A DNA stretch of 64,000 bases from Selaginella moellendorffii (lineage: Eukaryota; Plantae; Lycopodiophyta), in NCBI RefSeq assembly GCF_000143415.4, contig NW_003314288.1, positions 1,364,056-1,428,055 of the forward strand, written 5' to 3'. Both the position numbers and the translations under genes were made by a program. A model generated the notes under the pieces. It made no database searches and was not told the DNA's origin. It was given only the letters and a program-made list of their open reading frames with translations. Shown here in pieces: positions 23,464 to 34,862 of this stretch (the stretch's first letter is position 1; each line of letters opens with the position of its first letter).

Positions 23464-26363
23464 ATGGCCTCCGCAAGTGCGACGCATGTTCCCTCCGTGG
23501 ATCTTAAGAACCGTGCTACATGGATTCAGGCAAAGGTGTTTCTAAACAACCCCGAGGGGGAGGTGGTAGCTGAGGGCTTAGCCACAGTTGTCGATCCAAG
23601 AGATGTGGTTGCTAATCAAGAATTGGGCTGGGATGATATTGGAGTTGCGATTTTAGAGGTTATTGATACAGAAAAAAACAATCTGACTATTGGAAGCATT
23701 GTGCGGTGGAAATTGAGGCACTTAGTGTTTGAGAATGTGAAGGATTCACAATCAAACACCACTACAACTGATGACAGAACATCTCTTCATGGGAAAAGAA
23801 AGTACACCTTCCTAAAGCGCAGCCAAAGGGATCTGAGCAACAAACCGAAAAGGTAGAAAATGGTGATGGAGGTTCGAATGGTCTCGACAGTTGCTTGTTG
23901 CAAGAGGAGGTGCTGTCAACATGCTGATTGGGATGCTATTGAAGAGGAGAGAGCAAGATACAAGACATTGTCCTGGAAGGCAGCTCGCAATTTTGTGTAT
24001 GAGGCATTACGGTCATCTATTGATGCTTCAGAACATCAGGTGGGGGGCATGGTCTTCTAGAGGGGTTTGGTCTGCATGAAGGCATGGAGAATCATTTATA
24101 AAGTCCCTCGAATCACATTCTACAGAATCAAAACTGAGTTCGAGGAACAAAGGGTTCAATAGGCAGTCCATGGGAACGACAGTACTCACAAAACCAGGGG
24201 TCATGTTGTATATGGAGAGGCAATCTTCAAGAGGTTTGTCAAGACATGTAGCGAGCAGCAACCACATAAAACCCGCCTCTTGGAAGATGGAACTCGAGAC
24301 ACCCAACGAGTTCTCCCTTTCATGTATACCAAGGGGGCCATATTGGAAGATGTGAATCGGGAACTCCAGAGTAATGGCTACAGAAAGCTGAGCCAATCTA
24401 GATTTAGTAGATTGTGGAGCAACAGGTTCAGGGATGTGAGTATAGGAAAGTACTCCAGCTTTTCAAAGTGTGACGAGTGCACTGCTATCAAAATGGCTTT
24501 GTTGAAGAATTCTTGCATCGCTCAAGAGCGAGAGACGTTGGTTAGAAGGCGGCTCGACCACAACATCGAGCAGAGAAGCTACAGGACTGCATATTATCAT
24601 AACAGGATTCTCTCTATGGAGAGACCTGACTCTTACCTCTGCATCATCCACGACAAAATGGACCAAAAAAAGACATGTTTACTTCGACTCAATCCTGCCC
24701 CCAAGGCAATCTCTTCATCCATGCAGCTGCCTGTGTCTTTGTTTGGCATAATCGCTCATGGGCATGGTGCCCAGAACTATGGGAACTTCTTTGTACCTCT
24801 ATGGGGTGGCGGGGGTTGCAAACATGATGATTGCGTCCCTAGCAAAACACTTAAGGTCTCTGCAAAGTGCGCAGACTGAGCTGAACGGCCAACCCTTGCA
24901 TAAGGCCCTTGTCGATCGAACCCCATACAAGGTTCAGCTGGAGGAGGAGCAAAGGCTTGCAGTATCGCGTGGGGCCCCATGCCATCCCAGTGAATATGTT
25001 GGCCGTCAGATTGTAGGGTTATCACGTGAGGCCTCATGCCATTCCGACGAGGCTGGTCGCCCGGTGAATGCACAGCCTCATCCAAACGAAGCAGAATCTC
25101 AAGGAAGTTCTTGCGGCCGATGTGGCCTTCCACCCCATCTTCTGCTCCAAACAGACAATGCTGGCAGTGAGAACAAAAACATGTACGTCTTCGCGTACTT
25201 GGCGATGCTTGTTGCCAAAGGCATATTTGAAACGGTTACACTTGGCTTTCTCATGGTTGGGCACACTTATGAAGACGTCGATGCCATGTTCAGTCACCTG
25301 GCAGAGTCCCTCCGGCGATCCAATGTCCTCACCCTCCCACAACTCTACGATGAATTCCAAAATTGCATCAAAGGCACTGTTGAAGCTGCACTTGTGACAG
25401 AGGTTCCAGACTTTAAGGGGTTTGTAAGAGGCTACATCAGGGACGGATCCGAAACGCTGATTGGCCACTCCAAGCCTCTTCAGTTTCATTTCAACATGCG
25501 TGACGGTGCTCCAGTGATGAGGTACAAGATGAGAGAATGGGACACAGTGTGGCTGCCAGTGGACGGCATTGAACTCTTCAAGAGAGATCCCATAACTGGG
25601 GAACCTATGATTCCTCAGGGTTCCCCACGGCCGATGCACCCGGATGGACTTAAAGACCAGGAAAGTATAGTGGCCGGGATTAGATAGCATATTGCCTTCT
25701 GGAAGAGGGGGTTGGTGTTTGGTGGAGAATCCTATTTTAAGAGGTGCAAGCCTTTACTCGAATACTGGGAGAAGATTATATCTGCCATCCAAAATGGGCC
25801 GGTTGTATATGAAGAATTGGAAGAGTCCTTTTGGCCAGAACCCAGAGCACCAGATAGTAGCAGAACAATGTCCTCTGGAAATGCAGTGACAGATAATGAT
25901 GTTGAGGATCACTATTGTGGGCCGAGGAACAAGAAGCCAGATTCAGCATTCAATCCAGTACAGGTCTGCAAAGGAATGGTCGTGCTTGTCAGACCCAGTA
26001 ATAAAAAACAAATGATATGGGTGGGGCACTGCATCACTGATGCAGAGGAGGACGCAGAAACTAACTCCTTCAATGTAACTGTGGAGTGGTTCAAGCCAAG
26101 TTCCGGATATACGAAGGATTGCCTAGAAAAGAGATGGGTGCTGAATCCAAGGGATCCCAGCATGAGCATATTGGTGGATAATGTTGTGCATGGTTGGATG
26201 CGGAAGCAGAGTGCCACCATCACCTTGCCAGACCATGCAAGAGATGCACCAAGAGCATTCATAACCCGGGTTCAAGGTGAGATTCATTAATATTCCTTTA
26301 CTAAGTTTCTAATGTATTTTATTTCAAGGTGAACAATCCGAATCTGAATCAGAGGAGGCGTGA
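23464..26363 (+). pseudogene. DDD-type transposase, Sola/DUF7869-like (disrupted)
   Basis: Motifs FSKCDEC, CIIHDKMDQKKT, LLLQTDNAGSENKN and GFLMVGHTYEDVDAMFS. In-frame TAGs at 23854, 24058, ~24159 and 25685, frameshift at ~24805. Last intron 26277-26328, then GEQSESESEEA-TGA ending at 26363. Confidence 0.85.
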
Positions 26364-27887
26364 TGGCATGTGGCCTTACGCCATTCCTAGGTGAGATGAT
26401 ACAAATAACAAGTATAAATTCTTAGTTGTTCTAGCAAATCTTACTTAAAGTTCAAGGTGAACAAGCCGAATATGAATTCATCGGATTGTTATAACAAATT
26501 GCGAGGTGATGGCATGAGGCGATACGCCATTTGAGAGTGGTAGCCATTCCTATATGAGGTGAGTGAAATATTTATTAGAAATACCTCATTCAATTGTGCA
26601 CTTCTAAGTCTTGGTCCACTCAGTACTGTTTGCATGTTTTTATTTTTATTCTTTCTCTAAAATGTTATTTAGCATGTGGCTTCATGCCATTGCTCTCCAC
26701 AATCATGCATTGAATTTTTCTATCCTTGCATAATACTTCTCCATATGTATAGCATGTGTGCACATGTGATATGGTTCATTAGGCCTGATATAGTGTGTGA
26801 GGTAAAACAAAGATGATGTGACATATGCATTTACTAATCACACGTGCATAAATCTAATAATATGGCGTGTGGCCCATATTAATGGCACATAAACCCATAT
26901 TGTGGGCTTACGTGCTTTATGTACCATCATTCCCTTGTAGCGTGTGTGTTGGTTTCCTTTTATAACACAACGAACTCCATATTTTAGGGTGAAGAGCGTT
27001 CTCATGGCAAGCACAAAATCTGTAAGTGAGGCAGAAAAGGAGACGGATAAGGAGATAGGTGAAGATGTAGAATATATAAGTCTTCCAAACTCCCCGTACT
27101 ATACTCCAAGTGATCATTTTTCTGAACAAATTGCAACATTAACAACTATCGAGAACACCCCAGTAACGTTATCCAAAGCAAAACAACTGACCGGGAGAAG
27201 GATGATAGTACCGCTAAGAGTACCAAAAAGGAGGTGTCCACTAGCGCTTAGGCTTATAATGGCGTGTGCCCTCATGCCATTTACTTGATCACCAAATACC
27301 TTTTTCCCTTTGCACTAGTATATCTTAATACCAGTCTGAGAAATAGAATGGCATGTGCCCTCAGGCCTTTTACTAAATCACCTTTGAAAGAAATGCAAGC
27401 CTCTATGTCGTAAAAAAAAGGTACTAGAGAAATTCCTTAATAATATGAATGTTATTTAGTTTCATGAAAATACACTAAGGGTCAAATGAGTTAAATGACT
27501 TCTCCAGACTAGCAATGCCTCTTGCTACACCTTCACAATTAGATTCGTTAGAAAAAGATAACATTGAATAATATCTAAATGTTCTCACCATTAAGTTATA
27601 TGTCTGGCTAATAGGAATGATGTTCATCTTGGAAAGCTCACCACACGCTCAATGAACAAACAAATAGTGTGTGCGTGCATGCCATCGCTCTTCTTTAGTT
27701 TCAGATTCGGCTTGTTCACCTTGACAATGAGATTTATTATACAACCAGATGGACTCAGTCTGGACACAAAGTCACCGCGCTAGTCACCATGCCCCAGATA
27801 TGTCTAGCCCCTGGACAAAAAACATATAATTTCACGTCATTTTCAAATACTTGAAAATTTATACCTAGTCCCATTTTACTGAATAAA

Positions 27888-27911
27888 TCCCACTTTAACG
27901 AAATAGAGCAT
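27888..27911 (-). repeat. Right terminal inverted repeat
   Basis: Reverse complement of 15061-15084. Confidence 0.92.
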
Positions 27912-30900
27912 GTTGGGTCTTGTGAAGGCAAGTTTAAGAGTGGTTGTTAGTTGCTTTGCAACTAGTGGTTGCTTATAGACTTTATCGAGGACCTCTGATA
28001 CTTGCTTTGCTCGATGATGATTTAGCAGTGATGGGTTTGCTTTACCAGATGGTGTTACGGAAGATCGTGTCATTAGACTTACATGGGTTTTCCATGTTGG
28101 TATATCAACTCTACCTCTGTCAATATCATTTGGTTGCATTTAGTTTGTAGTGTTGGATTTCATTGAGTCTTGGATGTGGTGAATCACCCCTTAATGATGT
28201 GTTATCTGTACCTGAGTAATATTGAAGGATTGGTCTCAGATACTAAATATAGTATCTTCGACGTTGGTTAACTTAGTTGCTAAAGAGTTTTGAGTGGTGA
28301 TTCACTCTTGCTTCCTTCTAGCCTTGTTATGGTATTGACGGCATTGAAGTGATGCTTTGTCATTGATATTATTGATGTTGAGATTCAAGTGAGATAAGAT
28401 GTTTTTCCTTAGGATTGACATTGAGTTTCATTAGTCTTGATGAAGATAGTATTGATGCTTGAGCTGTGGCTTTATGTTATTGGCATTCATGCATTTGCTA
28501 GTTAGCAATTATGTTGGCGTTCAAACGAACTGAGTGGCAAGTTTGAGTTAGTAGTGTTCTCGATGAAATTATTTAGTAGGGGTTGAGCTTTAAGCTTTTC
28601 CTTGAAAAGTAATTTAGTTGTGGGCTATACTAACTCTACAAGCGAAAGAGTTATTGATCGATATTGAAATGTTTGAATCCTTATAGGATTTGAGTTGGGA
28701 TATATTGATTATTGGTGATTCTTCTTGTACTTGTTATGAAGTAAGTTATGTCTTGCTATAGATGGATTCATGGAGGATCGTTTGATGATCACTTATTGAG
28801 CATAGCTTTGTTATGCTTAGCTTTTGGATTGATGCAGATATACTCTTCATTAGCTTTGCATTATGAAGTTTAACTTATGGATGTGTTGAGAAGAATATTG
28901 TGGGTTATGCCGTGATTTCTTCTTTAGCATTGAAGTTAGTTCATGCAAGACTCATGATCATTGTTAGGCAAGACTTGGTTATAAGCTTCTTTGAGTTTTT
29001 GGTTCCTTGAGTTTTCATACTTGTGAAGCATTTGTTATGAGTAATTGGGGAAGGCATTTTGGCTTATTAGCTTTGATGTTGAAGTTGGCTTTTGCATCTA
29101 GAAATTATAGGTGATAATTGACTATCATCTAGAATACTTGATTATCCTTGTCAAAAAGGTTTTGCTTGATTATTGTTGATATAGAATAATTTACTATTCT
29201 TCGGGATGGTAGATTCTTTCTTCAACAATGATTATGCATCACTACATTGATGGGATGATTGATAGTCTTTTATGATAGTTAATTGTTCTCTTTGATGGCT
29301 TCTGGCTTTTTGCAATACCACATGTTCTTGAGACCGTATTAAGACTAGTCCCTCAATATCACTGAATGTTAGCTTACTGTGTCTGCCAAACACCCTCGCT
29401 ATCATGTCCTTTGTGTTAGTCTCATTTCGGTCCCAAATGCTATTTATGGAAAGTGTCCAGATTTGCTCATTTAGCATATCTACAGAATGTAGAGATTGAC
29501 CTGAACACAATGGTGTTCGTCTCGTGTCCAAATTTGCAATCTAGCACCATTCCATATTTAGTAAGTTTTGAGCTTGTTCTAGAGACTAACTCCTGATACG
29601 AAGGGAGGCTTAAGGTGAAAGCCCACAGTGTGCGTTCCACAAGTTGGACGTGTTCTGGGGTGGGGGGTTGTGGGGGGCTGTGGGGGGTTCCAAATGTATA
29701 GTAGGGATAGTGGGTAGGTTGGGCATGGCCGACCAACTTGAGGCATAGTCTAGCTCCCGCTTGCGTGCTTGTCCTTGTTCTGTGACCGGCTTAGGTCTAA
29801 GCCCAAGTTCCACTCCATGTTAGCTAGTGGAGTACCCATGTCCTTGCGTTAGGCCACTGGTATGCCGAAATAGCACCAGACTCCGTTTGGCTCCGTTTTG
29901 CATGCTGGTCCTGGCATTGGGATGCTGGTTGCTCTAGGACTGTTCCAAGTCGCTCCAGGCTCTTGTCCCTTTGCTCCTTGGGCTGTATGCTCGAGAGTTG
30001 CTCCGTGGACCGGTTCCATCACTTCTTGGCTCTATGCTCAGGAGTTTGGCACCATTCCTTCATTCAATGGCCCAAGGCCTTGAACCTCGGATTCCACACC
30101 ACTGTCCTTGGACACAGACACATGGCATGTGTCATGTGGCATAAAGAGGGTTTAAGTTCCGCTTCGTGGTGTTATCCTATGGTAAATCACTATAGGATAA
30201 AGGGTCAAAACCACATGCGCTACAATGATAGAGTTCTTCAACTTCCCAGATCCGAGCTATTGGTAGTCCACCATGAGAAAATCTAGCATAGAAACCACTC
30301 TTTACACCAAGATCTTGACATTCTGGTAGATGCCCATAAGAACCACTGAGTGATTAGCAAATATCTTGAGGATCACAGCTATGTTACTCACCACTTCCAA
30401 GCCACTGGAGTGTGCCAAGTTGAGGGAGATGATATTGCTTTGGGATCCAAAATCAAGTAATGCTTATGCTATCAAGGATTTATTGCCAATTTGGACCTCT
30501 ACAAAGAATGCCCTAGAATCATGAGTGGTCTGAGTATTAATGATATGCATGTTATGCTAAGGTTCCATGGGGATGCTTGAGGACTTAGCAAAAACCTCCA
30601 GCTGAGAAGTAAAATTGGGCATTGCAAAAGCTCACCAAGTTTGATCTAGACTAGAGTGTCAACAATCTGAGCAAGAACCTTTTGTGGGACCCAAGAAAGA
30701 GTGGAGGGCAACTTACCCTAAAAGTCAGAAGAATGTTCAATTGTTAGATCGAACGTTATGGCCAAGGATGTGGGTGGTGCTGCATTTACTAAAGCATGGG
30801 GTAACTTACACACTGTGAGAGATGGTGGAGTTCTAGAAATGGGTATTGGATCCTACTCACCATCAGTATTTGGGACTGGAGGAGAAACCTTCTTGCACCC

Positions 30901-33176
30901 TCTAGTCACAACAGCCACTTTATAACCGTTCTTAATAATGTTGATGTGCATTGGTGTCTTCCCATGACTTGATAAAGGGGTGTCTTGGATCGCTTTCTAT
31001 TGTTGTTGTTGTTGGTATCTATCTATTAGCTGTAGAAGAGATGTGTTGTCCGCTAGAGGCTGCTACTGAACATGTTGGACAGAAGGTGGCTGAAGTTTTG
31101 GGTGAAGCTTTCATGTTATGCATCATAACATCGCAATGTGAGAAGTACCAAAAATGAGGAGGGCATCTTGGTCTCTTTGCTTGTGGTAAGTGGCATGCTC
31201 TAAGCTCCTTAAGTAGCTTCTCTTGCATTTATTGCTGTTTCTGAATGATTTCCTTGTATCTTACAAGCTCCAACAATGCCTTCTTGATCACCAAAGGGAC
31301 TCTATCATTGTTGTGCAAGGTTGGAGAAGAACGGACTATGATAGCACATAAGCTTTCATCTGAGGGTGAAAGGAAAGCCTCATCTACCCTATAAATCTCA
31401 AGTTCTTGGAGAAGATTCAGCTCCAGAGTCTCTATTATAGTAAATGCCTCATGACACGTCCAAAACTCTTGCTCAAGCATTTTGAGTTGGAGATTTCCCT
31501 TGAGGCTAGAGATGAATGTGGTGATGCTATGAGGTTTATTTGTGATGACTTTGTGCTAGACACACTCCTAGTAAGACTTGAACTGGATCACATATTCTGG
31601 CACAAATTTGGGTGCTCCTTGCTGAAAAGTGAACAAATCCACGAGTAAGCAATTTGCAGATCGTTGCTGATTAAAGTGACTTTAGAAAGATGCTTTAAAT
31701 ATGGAGTAGTTAGCCATATCTACCTCCAAAAGCATCTTTGCCCATGCTGTTGCTCAGCTAGTGAGCGATCGTGACAAGTGATCATCCTCAATGTTACCAT
31801 TCGACGTGCAATATAGCTTGAAATGAGTGATGTGTGTCTTATCGCCATTGCTAGAGAAGTATGGCAAGTTGATGCCTCACTGTAGAATATGGATTTATGC
31901 AAGAAAAGCCATGGGGGAGGGGGGGGGGGGGGGGGGGGCAAACTCCCTGGAAAGAGCAGTCTAATAAATAAACTTGCATAGAAGGCATTAAAAATGTCCT
32001 TGTATCCTAGGGACTGTATGGAAGTTTGTTGGTTGCTGTCTTTGACTGGAACAAGTGCAAATTAGTATAAAGTGTTCATTGTGCAGTAGATGCTGAGTTG
32101 TGGAAAATGCAATGCACTAAGAACTCTAACTTGTGTGAGAACAAAGTATCCAAATGGGATAGCGCTAAATAAAGAAGTATCCTCAGATGGATTTCCCCAG
32201 TCAAAATCATTGTCACTCTCACAAATGCCAATTTCTATTAAAGAAAAGAAAAATCTAGCAAAGAAAAAGGGAAAAGACAAAAGATGTTGTGTCACTTGGT
32301 AGGATGTGGATATATGTTGTCACTAAAAAAAATCAAGAAAAGAAACAAAATCAAACTCTAATACTCAAAATGCCTCAAGGAGAAAAACAATTCATATAAA
32401 ATCTCTCGACTTTGGGCATGAAATTGGGTGTGGATAGATTTGTTGAAAAGCTTAGAATCAAACAAAGAAAATGAGACCAAAATCATGAGTTAATATGCCC
32501 AAAATCTCAAGAAAAAATTTACTCAAACATCAAATTCTAGACAAAAAGAAGGAGAACACAAGAAAATGCACTCCCTAGCACAAGAAACACTCACCTTTGG
32601 CATTGGCAAAAGGTAATAGCATGGCCATGATAATCTCCATAAGAATGGTGCCTAGAATTCCTCCAAGATCAAGCTAGAAACTTGCAAGTTTGAGCTGTGA
32701 AATGTTGCAAGAGATAAACTATTGTGTATCATGGCCTAGGGAGAATTGGCTGCCAAGAAAGGACTCTCTGGAAATCTTGTCTTCAGATCTACATGCATAG
32801 AAGAAGAAATTCCTAAATTGGTCCTAGAATTGCAATCTTAGAGCATTAAAAATTTACTATGAAAATGAAAGAGTGTGATGGATAAAACTTCATGCATGCA
32901 GTTGAATCCTCCATGAAACATGGTGCTCTTTAGCTCATTGGAAAGAGGATGCCAAGGCACACTGACTCAAAGAAAGAAAAACTAGAATCAATACCCCAAT
33001 CATAAAAAATCATTAGAAAACTAAGTAAAAAGAGGCTAATATAGAAAAATAATGCAAGAACAAGAAAATCTTTGTACCTGTGCTTTGGATTCGTGCAAGT
33101 AGAGACCCTTAGCAATCCTAGGGTCTCTAAGAACACAAATCTAGTCACTAGAACTCAGAGATCTCTATTGATTTCC

Positions 33177-33276
33177 NNNNNNNNNNNNNNNNNNNNNNNN
33201 NNNNNNNNNNNNNNNNNNNNNNNNNNNNNNNNNNNNNNNNNNNNNNNNNNNNNNNNNNNNNNNNNNNNNNNNNNNN
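33177..33276. other. Assembly gap (100 N)
   Basis: Run of N. Confidence 1.
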
Positions 33277-33298
33277 AAGAAGGCGGTGATGAGCTAGT

Positions 33299-34455
33299 TG
33301 TAAGGAACCAACTCCCCAAGGTGTCGTAAGCTAAAGGATCCCCAAAAGTATGACAAAATGACAAAGAGTCATTGGATGGGACCGAGTCCCGGATTGAGTC
33401 CGAGGCCGACTCGGAGACCGAGTTCAAGACCAAGTTCGAGACAAAGTCCAAGATCCGAGATCAGGTCCGAGACCAAGTCCGAGATCGGGTCCGAGATCGG
33501 GTCCGAGATCAAGTCCGATATCGAATCCGAGACCGAGTCCAAAGTCGGGTCCGAGATCAAGTCTGAGATCGAGTCTGAGACCGAGTCTGAGTACTAATAC
33601 AGATCAAGAGGTGAAAGCCCAAAGCGTGCGTCTCCTGAGGGAGGAACAATTGCGAAGCCTTTGCACCCAAACATATACCCACTTAAATCATCGTTTTCAT
33701 CTTTGGGGGGTTGCAGGGTCCAAAAGTATAGTAGGGATAGTGAGGTTCAAGAACCAGTCTTGAAAGAACTCTCCATTGGTGCTTCCAAATTGACTTGAGG
33801 TTGAGACTGAGGCCGAGGGGCCTTGGGTGGGAGTGAGCATGGACTCGAGTGGTGTCGGAAGGGCCACCCAAGGAAGTGCTCAAGAGCAGCTCCCACTCTC
33901 GAAAGGGAAACTAATTGCAGTGCTCCCGACTCATGTGGAGTGGTGCCCCACTTGAGGTCCTTGCGGCTCATTGGTCCTCGCCCTTCCTAGGGGCTTGGGC
34001 CTTCCCTTCAAGATGGAAGTGGGGGGTACCCATACATGGGAAGAGGTACCCATACTGAGCCATTAGGCCACGGTGTTTCGCCCCAGCGTCCTGAAGCAAG
34101 TGTTGCACCCAAGACTTGGGATTTAGAAGGTTTTATGATCAAGTTTTGTGGTACCAAGGGATGTTAGAAACCTGGAGGCTTGGTGTGCTTGGCTGCTTGT
34201 GCCTATGGGGAGTGTAGCCGAACTTTAAATCTAGTCTAACCCGGGGAGGGGCATTGGGAGAGATTTGGGAATCTGTGGATGGATGGGTAACGCTCCATTG
34301 CTTGTGCAGTGAGTAATTGAAACCAAGTAGGACCAAGTAGGAGCTGGTACCATAGGTGGGAACCTTGGTAAGGGAACTTAGCTAAAGCCAAGGTAGTGTT
34401 GGTCGGATAGACGAGGTAAGCTGGCAAATTGGAAAGGAAAAATTTATAGCTTACA
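33299..34455 (+). repeat. LTR-like repeat (family C) with GAGTCCGAGATC/ACC tandem array
   Basis: TGTAAG...TTACA ends; 6/12-bp array at 33380-33592. The 3' end recurs at ~43185-43278 and resembles 50340-50362. No TSD. Confidence 0.6.
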
Positions 34456-34862
34456 TTAATGCTGTAACAAGGGATTGATTTTATAATCTAGAGGATTATT
34501 TTCAAATATTGCAATTACCAAATTTGGAAGAGGTTCTATATGCAAAACCATATCTAGTAGATAATGTTAAGTCTTGGTGAAAATTGATAGAGGCCAATAA
34601 AGGACTAATATCCACTTGAAAATCGATGAAAGTGAGGATTTGAGCAATTTATATTCCCCCAAATGCTACTATGCATCTAAGGGATGAAGTAAGTAAATTG
34701 ATGCAAATAGGAATAATTCAAGAGTATGTGAATGCGTTTATAGCTAAAAGGATTCTTGTCATAGATATAGGTGACAGATGCATTCCATGCTTTCATATCA
34801 GACTTGTAAACTTAAACTTAGGGTGAGGTGATGCACTAGAACTATAAATAAGCATTGGATAT

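Larger units (their letters stand above)
15155..27685. repeat. Dispersed 22-bp palindrome ATGGCRTGW-N4-WCAYGCCAT, ~25 copies
   Basis: Copies start at 15155 (weak), 15447, 16524, 16599, 17850, 18041, 18182, 19666, 20938, 20998, 21075, 22577, 23192, 23290, 23360, 24964, 25021, 26363, 26509, 26669, 26749, 26862 (half), 27259, 27348 and 27664. Confidence 0.93.
15061..27911. mobile_element. 12.85-kb TIR DNA transposon, Sola/DUF7869-like, with large accessory gene
   Basis: TIRs AAGCTCTATTTCGTTAAAGTGGGA (15061-15084) and TCCCACTTTAACGAAATAGAGCAT (27888-27911), 23/24 match. TSD GTTG at 15057-15060 and 27912-27915. The two flanks rejoin into sequence that is contiguous in the second family-A copy (~44520-44580, minus strand). 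Confidence 0.9.
6140..30224 (+). mobile_element. Non-autonomous LTR retroelement (family A), host of two nested insertions
   Basis: 5' LTR 6140-6967 (TG...CA), PBS TGGTATCAGAG at 6970, 5'-truncated 3' LTR ~29335-30224. Perfect TSD ATGAT at 6135-6139 and 30225-30229. No intact gag/pol. Confidence 0.85.

Noticed and set aside
15155-27685. Palindromes as a CRISPR-like array
   Set aside because: Spacing is irregular (57 bp to >1.4 kb), the copies lie in introns and exons, there are no cas genes, and the context is eukaryotic.
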